Shown piece after piece: positions 37,119 to 47,512 of a stretch of DNA of 64,000 nucleotides. Position 1 is the first letter of the stretch, and every line of letters starts with the position of its first letter. The stretch spans positions 33,717 to 97,716 of the forward strand of contig CALYAY010000005.1 of NCBI GenBank assembly GCA_944393695.1, given 5' to 3'. The position numbers and the translations under genes are program-made. The notes beneath the pieces are model-generated. The model saw nothing but the letters and a program-made list of their open reading frames with translations, was not told the origin of the DNA and ran no database searches. The stretch comes from an uncultured Alphaproteobacteria bacterium (GTDB lineage Bacteria > Pseudomonadota > Alphaproteobacteria > RF32 > CAG-239).

Positions 37119-38330
37119 ATGAACATTCACGAGTATCAGGCCAAAAAAATTTTAAACCGTTACGGAATTTATATTCCGCGCGGAAAAATAGCCTATACTC
37201 CCAACGAAGCAAAAAAATCAGCCATTCATGTTTCCATGCGCGGCCCGTGGATGTTGAAAGCACAAATTCAGTCAGGAGCCCGGGCCAAAGGACATTTTCT
37301 GGAAGCCAAGGCCGGCAGTAAAGGCGGAATCAGGCAGGTTAAACGCCGCCGGGACATTGCCGTCGAAGCCGAAAAAATGCTGGGGGCAACGTTGTGTACG
37401 CCGCAGACGGGGCCGAAAGGAAAATTTGTCAGCCGGATTTATGTTGAGGCTTTTCAAAAAGTTGAAAAAAAATTTTATATCGGGTTGGTTATCAACCGCC
37501 TGGAGGCAAAGATTACGCTGCTGGTTGCAAAAATTGAAGACAAAGGGAAAGATATTGCCGTTATTGCGGTGGAAAATCCGGAAAAAATACTTAAACTTCC
37601 CCTGGATTTGGAACAGGGCGCCAGCAAGGAACAAATTGCGCAGGTCAGGCAATTTCTGAATCTGGAGGAATTCAGCATCAGGCATTTGAGCCGGATGATT
37701 AACGGTATGCACCGCGCTTTTGTGGAAAATGACGCAACCATGATTGAGATTAATCCGGCAGGCGTGACCCGGCGCGGGCAGATTCTGGCGCTGGACGCCA
37801 AGATGTCTTTTGATGACAAGGCATTGTTCCGGCATCCGGAAATCAAACAGCTGCAAGATGAATATGAACAGGACGACCGTACACTCCGGGCCGGAAAATT
37901 CGGTTTTCAATATCAGGAATTTGACGGCGGAAACATCGGCTGTATTGTCAACGGTGACGGTATTGCCCTGACCGCCATGGACTTAATCAGCAGCAAAGGC
38001 CAGGGAACAACATGTTTTCTAAATGTTAAAGGCGGTGTGGACAAAGACAAGATTGCCGCCGGAATCAAGATTATTATGACCAACCCCAAGGTGGAAGGCA
38101 TTTTGATTAATATTCTGGGCGGATTTCTGCGCTGCAACCTGATTGCCGACGGAATTGTGGCCGCGGCCTCGGAAGTGGGGCTGAACGTGCCGCTGGTGGT
38201 CAGGTTTGAGGGAACGAACAAAGACGAAGCCCGGGAAATTTTGCAATCATCAAAATTGCCGCTGATTATTACCGACAACATGGAAGATTCCGTTGACAAG
38301 CTGATTCAGGCCATTGAGGAGAGTGAGTAG
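37119..38330 (+). CDS. sucC: Succinyl-CoA synthetase beta subunit
   Basis: MNIHEYQAKKIL N-terminus and ATP-grasp domain. ATG at 37119 after the sufE stop. Confidence 0.95.
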   Translation: MNIHEYQAKKILNRYGIYIPRGKIAYTPNEAKKSAIHVSMRGPWMLKAQIQSGARAKGHFLEAKAGSKGGIRQVKRRRDIAVEAEKMLGATLCTPQTGPKGKFVSRIYVEAFQKVEKKFYIGLVINRLEAKITLLVAKIEDKGKDIAVIAVENPEKILKLPLDLEQGASKEQIAQVRQFLNLEEFSIRHLSRMINGMHRAFVENDATMIEINPAGVTRRGQILALDAKMSFDDKALFRHPEIKQLQDEYEQDDRTLRAGKFGFQYQEFDGGNIGCIVNGDGIALTAMDLISSKGQGTTCFLNVKGGVDKDKIAAGIKIIMTNPKVEGILINILGGFLRCNLIADGIVAAASEVGLNVPLVVRFEGTNKDEAREILQSSKLPLIITDNMEDSVDKLIQAIEESE

Positions 38331-39212
38331 ATGTCGATTTTGGCTAATAAAAACACCAGGGTTTTGATTCAGGGGATTACCGGAACGCAGGCGTCGTTTC
38401 ATGTGCGGCGTTCGCTTGATTACGGAACGAATATTGTCGGCGGCGTTACTCCCGGCAAAGGCGGGCAGGAACATCTGGGGCTGCCGGTGTTTAATACGGT
38501 GAAAGAAGCCATTGAGGCGACGGGGGCCAACGCTTCGGTGTTGTTTGTGCCGGCAACGGCAGTAAAAAGCGCGGTCAGAGAAGATGCCGAGGCCGGGCTG
38601 GAGCTGGCAGTGTGTATTTCGGACAACGTACCGGTGCGGGATATGCTGGAAATAAAAAATATTCTGAGGGGCGGAAAAACCATTTTCGTGGGGCCGAATA
38701 CGCCGGGGATTATTACTCCGGGAGAGGCGCGACTGGGGATTTTTCCGGAAAATATCCACCGCAAAGGAAAGGTGGGGATTGTTTCGCGCTCGTCGACACT
38801 GACTTATGAGGCGGTTTTGGAGACCAACCGCGCCGGACTGGGACAATCAACGGTTATCGGTCTGGGCGACGATATGCTTATCGGCATGGATTATATTGAG
38901 GCATTGGAGCGTTTCAGCGCCGATGACGAGACGGAGGCGGTTATTCTTATCGGGCAGCTGGGCGGACGGTTTGAGGAAATGGCGGCAGAGCATTATAAAA
39001 ACATGACCCGGAAGAAGCCGGTTTTGGCCTTTGTGGCGGGAAATGCCATGCCTTTCGGACATAAAATGGGGTATGCCGGGGATATTATGTCGGGCGGTAA
39101 GGTTTCGGCTCTGGACAAGCAAAACTGTATGCGCGAGGCGGGGATGACGGTGGTGGAAAAAATTAATCAGATCCATGAAGAACTGCAAAAAATTCAAAGA
39201 CTTTATGCCTAA
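38331..39212 (+). CDS. sucD: Succinyl-CoA synthetase alpha subunit
   Basis: VLIQGITGTQASFH...; CoA-binding and phospho-His loop motifs. Confidence 0.95.
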   Translation: MSILANKNTRVLIQGITGTQASFHVRRSLDYGTNIVGGVTPGKGGQEHLGLPVFNTVKEAIEATGANASVLFVPATAVKSAVREDAEAGLELAVCISDNVPVRDMLEIKNILRGGKTIFVGPNTPGIITPGEARLGIFPENIHRKGKVGIVSRSSTLTYEAVLETNRAGLGQSTVIGLGDDMLIGMDYIEALERFSADDETEAVILIGQLGGRFEEMAAEHYKNMTRKKPVLAFVAGNAMPFGHKMGYAGDIMSGGKVSALDKQNCMREAGMTVVEKINQIHEELQKIQRLYA

Positions 39213-39939
39213 AATCCTTTCAAAACTGCTGAATCTTATTTTGCCGCCGCGCTGTAAAAAATGCGGCAAAATTGTCAGCGACGACAACAGCCTGTGCGAA
39301 GAATGTTTTAATTCCATCAATTTTATCAGTGCGCCTTATTGTTCCAAATGCGGACGGCCTTTTGAGCAAACCGGTTTTGCCGAAAATAAGCATAAAATGA
39401 TATGTGCGGTCTGTGCCAGAGAAAAGCATCCGTGGTTCAGGCTGTGCCGCTCTGCGGTTAAATATGACGACAACAGCAAGCCGCTGATTATTGCTTTTAA
39501 ATTTCATGACTGTACCGATGACGCGGCGCTAATGGCAAAATGGCTGAAAAACGCCGGGCGGGATATCTGGGCAGCCGGCGCGGAAGTGATTGTACCGGTG
39601 CCGCTGCATTATACCCGGCTGATTAAGCGCCGTTACAACCAATCGTCGTTGATTGCTAAAGAATTATCAAAGCTGACGGGGCTTCCGGTGGATTACAGTT
39701 CGCTCATCCGTCACCGGAAAACCCGGCCGCAGGTGGAATTTTCGGGAAAAATCAGAATACGCAACGTGAAAGACGCGTTCAGCGTGAGAAAGCCGGAACG
39801 CATTAAAGGCCGGCGGGTGGTTTTGATTGATGACGTGATGACAACCGGTTCCACGCTCAAAGAATGTGCCAAAGCCCTGCGCCGGGCAAGGGCTTTGTCG
39901 GTAGACGCCCTAACAGTGGCCCGGGTTTGTAAATATTAA
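39205..39939 (+). CDS. comF: ComF family phosphoribosyltransferase-domain protein
   Basis: N-terminal Cys4 zinc ribbon (CKKCGK...CEEC...CSKCG). C-terminal PRTase motif VVLIDDVMTTGST. Confidence 0.8.
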   Translation: MPKILSKLLNLILPPRCKKCGKIVSDDNSLCEECFNSINFISAPYCSKCGRPFEQTGFAENKHKMICAVCAREKHPWFRLCRSAVKYDDNSKPLIIAFKFHDCTDDAALMAKWLKNAGRDIWAAGAEVIVPVPLHYTRLIKRRYNQSSLIAKELSKLTGLPVDYSSLIRHRKTRPQVEFSGKIRIRNVKDAFSVRKPERIKGRRVVLIDDVMTTGSTLKECAKALRRARALSVDALTVARVCKY

Positions 39940-39963
39940 AAAAGCCCGGAGCAACCGGGCCTT
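39940..39963 (-). terminator. Terminator downstream of fliC (hairpin gcccgg-agcaa-ccgggc, T-run on minus strand)
   Basis: Lies between convergent comF and fliC. Confidence 0.55.
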
Positions 39964-39984
39964 ACATGTCAGATGAAATCTCAA

Positions 39985-41118
39985 TCAGCCAAAGAGCTGC
40001 AAGACACTCTGGGCAGCCTGAGAAGCCAGGCTCAGAGAGTTAATGGCCAGCTGCTGTCTGGTCTGAAGGGCCAGCATGTTGGCGGATTCTTCGTTCATAT
40101 CGGCCAGAATCAGGTTGTCGGAACCTTCTTCCAGAACGTTAATCAGATTTTCGGTAAAGTCCTGGCGGGTCTGGACGATAGAATAATTGTTACCAAAGAC
40201 AGAAGCCATATCGCGCAGTTCGTTGATCGCGCCTTCAATGTCTTCAATTACGGCGTCAACGGCTTCATTGGTGTTCCAGTCGGTGGCCGGACTTAATCCC
40301 AGACCATTGGAAGACGCGTCATCGCCTTTGATTTCAAGATAAGATGAACGGTCTTCGTTAAAGACAACTTTCAGGTCGTCATTACGCAACAGGTTGACAC
40401 CTTTATAGGAAGCATCGGAAGCCAGCTGGTCTATCTGTACCAAGATGTCGTTATACTGCTGCATGGAGCTGTCGCGCAGGGTGTTGTCCAGCTTTCCGGA
40501 AAGGCTGATGCCCAGTTGTCCGGCGCCTTCCAGACTGATGGCCTGGTCAGCCAGCTTGGTGTCTTCCTTCACATTTATGATAAGTTTACCTTCATCCGCA
40601 CCGGTTCCGGCTTCGATGGTGAAACCAGAATCGTCATAAGCGGTCTGGTTTGCCCCGGTTGTCAGAGCCGTTACCAAATCATCCAAATCAGAAGTATCGG
40701 CAAAACCTGTGGCAGTCAGTGTTACATCACCAATCGTTAAAGTGACATCGGTGGTTTTTCCCGCATCCAATTTGTTTTCAAAAGTTCCGTTGCTTTTGGC
40801 AACAGCTTTGGCCGAGGTATCACGGGCGGTGTTGGCAACGGCTTTGGCCTGTTGCACAAAAGCGGTGATTGACTCAATGCCTTCATTGGCGGCTTTGATG
40901 GTCTGGATGCCCTGCCCCATGCTGTCAAGCAAATCTTCCAAATCACCGGCACGGTTGGTCAGGCTCTGGGAAGTGTAATAAGACATCGGGTTGTCAATGG
41001 CCGAGTTTACCTTTTTGCCGGTGGACAGGCGATCCTGCGTTCTGTCCATTAAAGACTGCGTACTCTGTAGAGAAAGCAGATTTGAACGCATGCTGGCGGT
41101 TAATGAAATGTCTGACAT
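39985..41118 (-). CDS. fliC: Flagellin
   Basis: Conserved flagellin N-terminus (MSDISLTASMRSNLLSLQSTQ...) and C-terminus (LALQTRQQLAINSLSLASQAAQSVLQLF). ATG at 41118 with ggaga RBS. Confidence 0.85.
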   Translation of the reverse strand: MSDISLTASMRSNLLSLQSTQSLMDRTQDRLSTGKKVNSAIDNPMSYYTSQSLTNRAGDLEDLLDSMGQGIQTIKAANEGIESITAFVQQAKAVANTARDTSAKAVAKSNGTFENKLDAGKTTDVTLTIGDVTLTATGFADTSDLDDLVTALTTGANQTAYDDSGFTIEAGTGADEGKLIINVKEDTKLADQAISLEGAGQLGISLSGKLDNTLRDSSMQQYNDILVQIDQLASDASYKGVNLLRNDDLKVVFNEDRSSYLEIKGDDASSNGLGLSPATDWNTNEAVDAVIEDIEGAINELRDMASVFGNNYSIVQTRQDFTENLINVLEEGSDNLILADMNEESANMLALQTRQQLAINSLSLASQAAQSVLQLFG

Positions 41119-41369
41119 GGTTAATCTCCAAATTAACGATATTTTTTCAGCCATCAGGGCTTTATGGTTTAATATTAGTAATTTATTAACTTTTAGCAAG
41201 CGGTGATTGTTCCTTGTGCATAACTATGTTTTTTTTCTGAGGGAAAGGCCGCATTTTGAATATTGACGAACGCGCCGATTGCGGTTAAATTAAATAGGTT
41301 GGCGGCCCGGTTTGTTTCCGGCGGTCATTTGCATGATGAATAAAAAAAGTTATTACAGGGGAGAGAACC

Positions 41370-42056
41370 TTGGCTGATTTTTGCAAGAAAAATATTATCT
41401 GGGATCTGGACAACACATTATACCGCATTACGCCGGAATTTGCCGATATGCTGGACGAGGCGACGGCGCTGGCCGCCATTCACGACCTGGGGATCAAGCT
41501 GAGTTTTGACGAGGCCAAGGCCAAGGTGAAGCAGTCTTATATGACTTATCGCGACGGCGGCGAAATCTTTGTCAGGGAATACGGCATTTCACCCAAAGAT
41601 ATGTTTTTTGCTTATCACAAACGCAAACCGATTGCCCCGATTGTGCCTTATGAGGGGATTTTGGAAAAGCTGGAAAAGCTTCCCTGCCGGCAATATATTT
41701 TTTCAACCAGCACCCGCGATGTATGCGAAAAAATTTTGAAGCATATCGGATTGTATGACTTTTTTAAGGGAAAATTCTTTTCGGTGGAAGATTTCGGAAC
41801 TTATAAGAAAAACGAAAACGCTGACGTTTACATCAAACTCTGCCAGAAGATTAACGTTGACCCGAAAGACTGTATTTTTGTGGATGACAGTTATTCAAAT
41901 CTGGAATTTGCCAAGCAAATCGGCATGACAACGGTGCGGATTTATTATAACCAAAACTCGGCCAAAGACAAAACTTATATTGACGCGGCTTATAAGGGTG
42001 TGCAGAGCTTTTTGGATGATTTTCCGCGGCAGCTGCAAAAATGCGCCAATATATAA
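41370..42056 (+). CDS. HAD-superfamily hydrolase
   Basis: IIWDLDNTLY (DxDxT motif I). Later VDDS motif. Confidence 0.7.
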   Translation: MADFCKKNIIWDLDNTLYRITPEFADMLDEATALAAIHDLGIKLSFDEAKAKVKQSYMTYRDGGEIFVREYGISPKDMFFAYHKRKPIAPIVPYEGILEKLEKLPCRQYIFSTSTRDVCEKILKHIGLYDFFKGKFFSVEDFGTYKKNENADVYIKLCQKINVDPKDCIFVDDSYSNLEFAKQIGMTTVRIYYNQNSAKDKTYIDAAYKGVQSFLDDFPRQLQKCANI

Positions 42057-42752
42057 TCAGCGCCGGTGGTTCTGATTGTAATAACGGCAGAGGCTGCCCT
42101 CCAGCTGATAGTTTTCGTGATTGTCAAGTTTGCTTTGTTCACGCAGAAGTTCGGCCTTGAAAAAATTTATCAGGGGCTCAAGCTGAGCCGAATAAGTGTG
42201 AACAAACTGCCGGGTGGCGGCGTCAATCTGTCCGGAATTATCAATCCGCTGCGGCGGGACATTGTTTAGGACGGAAAGGGCGGCGCTTTTTAACCGGGGA
42301 ATAAAATATTCCAGCGCGGCCGTGTTTATCTGCTGGTGGGTTTGTTCATGACGCAAAACCACATTATATTCGCAGGAACCTTCCTCCAGTTCTTTGGATA
42401 TGTAGATTATCGGATTTTGATAGCCGATGAACAGCTCAACACGGACGGGAATGACGCAGATGCCGCCGTCGGCGGCCACGCGGCTAGCGGTGTTGACCGA
42501 AACATGATAATTGACGCCGACCAGCGCCAGACCGGAAGCAAAAAGCCCCTGCTCGACTATTCCGAACTGTTTGCCGATGTCTGTCAGCTGCTGTTGATTG
42601 CGGCTCCGGTCATAGACCAATTTGCCGTAAGAAGTGGAAAAAACAAGCTCTGGCATCGTTTTGTAGCGCAGGCAGACATCATCTTTGCCGGCGGCAAAAG
42701 TCAAAGACGGGAAGAAAATCAAAAATATTAATATAAAAAAAAGCTTTTTCAT
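42057..42752 (-). CDS. Secreted protein with HExxH motif (putative Zn-metallopeptidase-like, DUF922-like)
   Basis: Signal peptide MKKLFFILIFLIFFPSLTFAAG. HEQTH motif. Confidence 0.45.
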   Translation of the reverse strand: MKKLFFILIFLIFFPSLTFAAGKDDVCLRYKTMPELVFSTSYGKLVYDRSRNQQQLTDIGKQFGIVEQGLFASGLALVGVNYHVSVNTASRVAADGGICVIPVRVELFIGYQNPIIYISKELEEGSCEYNVVLRHEQTHQQINTAALEYFIPRLKSAALSVLNNVPPQRIDNSGQIDAATRQFVHTYSAQLEPLINFFKAELLREQSKLDNHENYQLEGSLCRYYNQNHRR

Positions 42753-42795
42753 GGATTATAACTTAAAGAAGATTTGTTAATTTTGGGTTACGGAA

Positions 42796-43251
42796 ATGTT
42801 TTTGAGGAAGCTCATTATTCTGGCGGGACTGGCGGTGATTGCGGGAAGCAGCGCGGCAGAGGCTCAGTATCAGCGCAAACAGCTGCAGCCTGATTTTTTT
42901 GTTCCGGCCGGTGAAATAAATCCGCAGGAAAAACTGCCGCCGTTTAAGCAGACGGGTGGAAGCCTGCCTGCGGCTGAGACAGTAAAGAAAGTGAGCATAA
43001 AAGATGAAACACCGGAAATCAGGGACAGTGAGGCCCTGACCTTGAGCGCAGATAATCCGGTGGAACAATATGATATGGAAAAGCATATCACTAATCACAA
43101 ATTTGATGCTTCGCCGGATTATAAGCAAAAATACGATGCCTATGTTAATGATCTGAAAATTATTGCCGAGACGGGAAAGGCTCCGGAAAACAAGCAATTG
43201 CAACAGGATTTGGCCAAGATGAATTCGAATGAGCGCTTTGTGGTGAAATAG
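42796..43251 (+). CDS. Hypothetical secreted protein (151 aa)
   Basis: Signal peptide MFLRKLIILAGLAVIAGSSAAEA. Confidence 0.5.
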   Translation: MFLRKLIILAGLAVIAGSSAAEAQYQRKQLQPDFFVPAGEINPQEKLPPFKQTGGSLPAAETVKKVSIKDETPEIRDSEALTLSADNPVEQYDMEKHITNHKFDASPDYKQKYDAYVNDLKIIAETGKAPENKQLQQDLAKMNSNERFVVK

Positions 43252-43483
43252 GGCGTTTTGTATTTTCTTTCTTGCAATATTAATTTCTTTCTTTTATCAT
43301 TGGTTTTGCCGGTGAGAGGTCACCGGTGGTGTCTACAAAATACCTTTTACAAGATTGTATCTCCGCTTTGGGCGGGGTGCTGGTAATATATTGAATAACA
43401 GCGACTGACTTGTAACAGTTTTGTAGCTCCGCCTGCTTTGCATTTTGTGAGGCAGGTTTTGTTTTAGGTAACAGATTAAAGGA

Positions 43484-43726
43484 GTGAGAATTATGGTTTC
43501 CAAAAAGAAAATTAAATATCGGATTTTTTGTATCAAACGGGATATGGGTGTTCGTTTGAAGTTTTTGCGTAATAAGAAAGAGTTGAGTTTGCCCGAGGTG
43601 TCGGAGGCCTGCGGAATTTCAGTCTGTCATATTGAGATGATAGAAAACGGGCGTTCGTTTTCGCTGAAGCATCTTCTTATGTTGGCGTCGGTGTACGGGG
43701 TTCGGGTGAAGATTTTGATTAAGTGA
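43484..43726 (+). CDS. XRE-family helix-turn-helix protein (80 aa)
   Basis: LRNKKELSLPEVSEACGISVCHIEMIENGR HTH_3-like. RBS aaaggag. Confidence 0.6.
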   Translation: MRIMVSKKKIKYRIFCIKRDMGVRLKFLRNKKELSLPEVSEACGISVCHIEMIENGRSFSLKHLLMLASVYGVRVKILIK

Positions 43727-43729
43727 GGG

Positions 43730-44150
43730 GGATTTTAAAACCCCCTCTAACTCCCCCTAATATTTTAGGGGGAGAGATATTAGGCTGGATTTGTTACCTG
43801 GGTCCTCGGGTTAAACCCGAGGATGACAGAGGGAGAAGGATGACAGTGTCTCTTTCCCACCTCTCCCTTGAGGGGAGAGGTCGCAGAACGGAGTGACGCG
43901 GGTGAGGGTGAGAGGGGTAAGGCAGGTATTTGCTCTCCCCGGCCCTCTCATCTATGAAAGGGTGACAAATTTGAAGATCCCCTGACGTTCAGGCTGGCGC
44001 TGAACGAGGGATGACAGTTTTTATTTGGATATGAAACCCTCCTACTCCCCCTAAATTTTTAGGGGGAGGGTGATTTGGAGGACTAAGACTTTAGGGGAGA
44101 GATATAGGGGAAACAAAAAAATCCCCTCGAGGGGAGGGGAAATTTTGTTA
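43730..44150. repeat. REP/RPE-like palindromic mosaic repeat cluster
   Basis: Shares ccccctaatattttaggggg, cctcgggttaaacccgagg, cctctcccttgaggggagagg, gggtgagggtgag, and the 3' half of unit 1 (gaagatcccctgacgttcaggctggcgctgaacgagggatgacag) with the other clusters. Confidence 0.8.
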
Positions 44151-44798
44151 TTCAGAAGCTTTTTTCTTTTTGGCTTTGGCCGCGGCAGGCTTCTTTTTGG
44201 CTTTAGCGGCCTCTTTTTTGGCTTTTTTGCGGGCAACGGCTTCCGCAATCCTGGCTTCTTTTGCGGCTAAGGCCTCAGCTTTGGCCCGGGCCGAATTGAT
44301 AGCGGCTTCCAAATCGCGTTCCGAACAAAGGCCGATGGCAACCGGATTTTTGGGACGAATAACAGCTGCATCGCGGTGGGTGCCGTCACGAACCGACTGA
44401 ATCGTCGGTTTGGTGGTGCCGACGAGCTTGCAAATCTGCGTATCGCTGATTTCGGGACAATTTTTCAAAATCCAGGCAATGGCGTTGGGTTTGTCATTGC
44501 GTTGCGACGGGGACAAAACCTTTTTGGCCTTGGCATTCTGCTCACGGACGTTCAGCTCCATTTTGCTGGCCTGCAGGCGAGCCGAAGAATCCTGCTCGCA
44601 ACGGTGAATTTCATCCCAGGTGAGCTGGTTGGTGTCAACCGGGCTGATGCCCATGATATTAAAAGCGATATCACCATCGGCAATGGCCTGAACCTCGAGC
44701 TCGTGGAGTTCGCAAAATTCGGCAATCTGAATAAAACTCAGGGTCGTGTTGTCAACAAGCCAAACAGCCGTTGCTTTTGGCATTAAAGGCGCTGTCAT
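44148..44798 (-). CDS. DUF1013 domain protein with C-terminal K/A-rich histone H1-like tail
   Basis: KATAVWLVDNTTLSFIQIAEFCELHELEVQAIADGD matches alphaproteobacterial DUF1013. C-terminal ~45 aa is AK-rich. Confidence 0.7.
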   Translation of the reverse strand: MTAPLMPKATAVWLVDNTTLSFIQIAEFCELHELEVQAIADGDIAFNIMGISPVDTNQLTWDEIHRCEQDSSARLQASKMELNVREQNAKAKKVLSPSQRNDKPNAIAWILKNCPEISDTQICKLVGTTKPTIQSVRDGTHRDAAVIRPKNPVAIGLCSERDLEAAINSARAKAEALAAKEARIAEAVARKKAKKEAAKAKKKPAAAKAKKKKASE

Positions 44799-44895
44799 TT
44801 TTCTTATTTCCTTTCAGCAATCTAAAAAAACATTCTTTATTGCTGAGAATAAAGAATGTTTGCGTATTATACAAGTTATTTTTTAAGATTTAGGC

Positions 44896-45729
44896 CTAAT
44901 TTTTACGAGAATTGTAAATATTGGCCATGTTCAGATAACCGACTTCCAGCATCTGGGCGGTGGCCTGATAGCGCTGAGCCTGAATTTGCAAAGCATTGAC
45001 CGAAGACAGCGTTCCCGACGCACTTGTCTGGGTCAACGGAACATTGGTGTTGCGCTTGTTTTTGGTATCTTCGGAAGAGGCTTCCTTGGTCATATAGTCA
45101 TGTTTGTAGTTGCTGCCCTGTTTAATTTGCAACAGATAGGGAACTTCCTCGCGGGAATCAAAGTCTTCCGAGCGGCTGATGCGAATATAGTAATCACCTT
45201 TTTTGGCGCGGTATTCACCATTGAGAATTTTTTCCATATTGGCATATTCGTCACTGTCTTTGTCTGCCGTTGAATCGCCGACCAAAACCTCTTTGCCGTT
45301 TTTGACCATGTAGACCTGAATCTGCAGGCCTTCACCGGCTTCGCCCAGCAAACCGTAAGCTTCGGCTTTTTTGGCTTTTTCTTCCTGCTCTTTGGCGTAA
45401 CCTTCCGGGTCATTTTGTTTTTTCAGCTCATCAAGTTTGGCCTGGTATTCCGACAAATTCAATACGCTGGCATCTTCGTCTTCGGTGCCGCTGCGCAGGG
45501 CTATGCTCAGCTTGCCGTTGGACTGAACCTGAATTTTGTAATAATCCTCGGCATCATATTCCGCCAGCTGGCCGATGGTATTTATACGCGCGTAATTAAG
45601 CCGCATGTATCCCAAATCGCGGGCATTGGAAAATTTTTCATCAATATCATTAACATCCGTAACGGTCTTTTCCCAGTGGCTGACACCGTTATCATCTACG
45701 TTGGTGGCACTTGAAATGCTGTTAACCAT
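44896..45729 (-). CDS. Hypothetical protein (277 aa)
   Basis: Long ORF with coding-like composition. No recognisable domain. Confidence 0.5.
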   Translation of the reverse strand: MVNSISSATNVDDNGVSHWEKTVTDVNDIDEKFSNARDLGYMRLNYARINTIGQLAEYDAEDYYKIQVQSNGKLSIALRSGTEDEDASVLNLSEYQAKLDELKKQNDPEGYAKEQEEKAKKAEAYGLLGEAGEGLQIQVYMVKNGKEVLVGDSTADKDSDEYANMEKILNGEYRAKKGDYYIRISRSEDFDSREEVPYLLQIKQGSNYKHDYMTKEASSEDTKNKRNTNVPLTQTSASGTLSSVNALQIQAQRYQATAQMLEVGYLNMANIYNSRKN

Positions 45730-45806
45730 GATAAAGCCCTCTCTTCTTTCCTTAACCTTTGATTATTTTAACATAAAAAAAGCCTGAAAACAATATTTTT
45801 TCAATG

Positions 45807-47432
45807 TTATACATTCCGCAGACGATAAAGCCCGGCTTTATTGTTTGTTCTTTCAAGTTTTTTTTCGCCCAGGAATTCGAATTTCGGCGCATTGTCGCCA
45901 AGTTTTTCATAAATGCCGCCGTCGGTAAGGATTTCTCCGTCATAGGTATGGTCAAATAAATCCTGAATATAGTTTTTTTTGTCAGGCAATTCATTTCCCT
46001 GCCCTTCAACCAGGCAAAGACGTTCGGCAACAATCAGGTTTTCGTCGGAAAGTTCATCGATGTAGGTGTCGGCATCTTTCAAAAATTCCTGTCCGAAAAT
46101 CAATGCCTTCCCTACATCGGAAAACTGAATGCCGATAAATTCGGGCAAAGAGGTTTCTTGGGGAATGCCGCTGTATTTTCCGGTGAGGTTTTGAATTATA
46201 TTATTCATGGATGAACGGATTTCCTGCTCGTATTCTTCACTATTTTTGGCGGTTCCGTTGTAAAGGACGCGGATTAAGATATTTAACAATACGCTGATAT
46301 GCACCGGGGCGGTATTTTTTTCTTCTTTTTCGGGAAGAACTGCCGCTTTCGGACTTTCGTAGCGGTGAGAAATGTTATTCAGCACGCTCCAACGGTAAAA
46401 GGCCAGACGGACAAAGTTTTTATCCAGCGTTTTTTCGGAAAGCAGCTGAGACATGGCGGAAGCTCCTACACCCACCAAGAACACGGCTTCCTTAGTGTCT
46501 TTATAGGTGCGTTTGGCATCATAAAATGCAGCAACATCAACATGATCGGAGCCGTCGATTATGGAAAAAGCTTCATATAAAAGCGAATTGGCCTGGGCAA
46601 TGTTCAGACGACTGTGCAAAGCCAGCTGCATGCAGCCGCCGTATACCAACAGGCGTAACCCCAGACGGTTAAAATCATCCGACAAGGACAGAGTGCTGTC
46701 CAAACAGGCAATCAGGTTGCTTAAATAGTTAACGATATAACGTTTATATTCCAATGAGGCTTCGGGAAAAGACGGAACCACCCCTTCCTGATAATCATCA
46801 TTAAGATTATAGAGGTTAATCAGTTTTTCAGCTTTATTAAAATAACGACGTTCGGCCTGAGGCGTAATCTTCGGCCGGCGGCGGAAACCGAAAACCTGCC
46901 ACGGAATTTTTTTCAAAATCAACGGGGTGGAGACGATGATGAACAAACTGAAGAAAAACAGAAACAATAAGGTTTTGGTGGCTTCTTCATTGAAAAAGTC
47001 TTCAAAAAGCGGGGCGCTCAGATTTACGATAATATTGGCAAACAAAAGGCTGAACAAAATAATCAGTATCAATTTGGCCAAGGCTATTGCGATGTTGTGC
47101 GGGGAATTGTAGCTTTCGTCAATCGCATTAAAAATATTATTGCCGCCGGCAGAAAAATTTTCACCGCTGGTGAAAAAATTGTTATCTTTTTCAGAATGCT
47201 GTCTGGCGGCTTCCTTTTTTTTGTTGGGCAGGCTGACGTATTCTATTGTTTCCTGATAATTGTTGTCCAGGACATCAAATTTTTCGCGGATGAGTTTGAC
47301 GGCAATATTGTCGTGTTCTTTTTCCCGGGTATATTTTATGGCTGCATCCCGCTGATCCGCAGGAAAGCGCTCTTCCAGCTTCCAGCCCGTGCCTCTGTCG
47401 GTATAAACTTCATAGTGTGTGATATCAACCAT
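45807..47432 (-). CDS. Hypothetical membrane protein (541 aa)
   Basis: Central cluster of TM helices (IIILFSLLFANIIVNL..., LFLFFFSLFIIVSTPLIL). Confidence 0.5.
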   Translation of the reverse strand: MVDITHYEVYTDRGTGWKLEERFPADQRDAAIKYTREKEHDNIAVKLIREKFDVLDNNYQETIEYVSLPNKKKEAARQHSEKDNNFFTSGENFSAGGNNIFNAIDESYNSPHNIAIALAKLILIILFSLLFANIIVNLSAPLFEDFFNEEATKTLLFLFFFSLFIIVSTPLILKKIPWQVFGFRRRPKITPQAERRYFNKAEKLINLYNLNDDYQEGVVPSFPEASLEYKRYIVNYLSNLIACLDSTLSLSDDFNRLGLRLLVYGGCMQLALHSRLNIAQANSLLYEAFSIIDGSDHVDVAAFYDAKRTYKDTKEAVFLVGVGASAMSQLLSEKTLDKNFVRLAFYRWSVLNNISHRYESPKAAVLPEKEEKNTAPVHISVLLNILIRVLYNGTAKNSEEYEQEIRSSMNNIIQNLTGKYSGIPQETSLPEFIGIQFSDVGKALIFGQEFLKDADTYIDELSDENLIVAERLCLVEGQGNELPDKKNYIQDLFDHTYDGEILTDGGIYEKLGDNAPKFEFLGEKKLERTNNKAGLYRLRNV

Positions 47433-47512
47433 AATTCCTGTCTTTCCTGCATAAAAAACCGGTTTTAGTTCAGCATACTAAAACCGGGTTAATAAAAATT
47501 AAAATTTTCTGA

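Noticed and set aside
37272-38846. Long antisense ORFs within sucC/sucD (for example 37272..37910, 38250..38846)
   Set aside because: Opposite-strand ORFs inside highly conserved sucCD. Typical GC-rich antisense artefacts.
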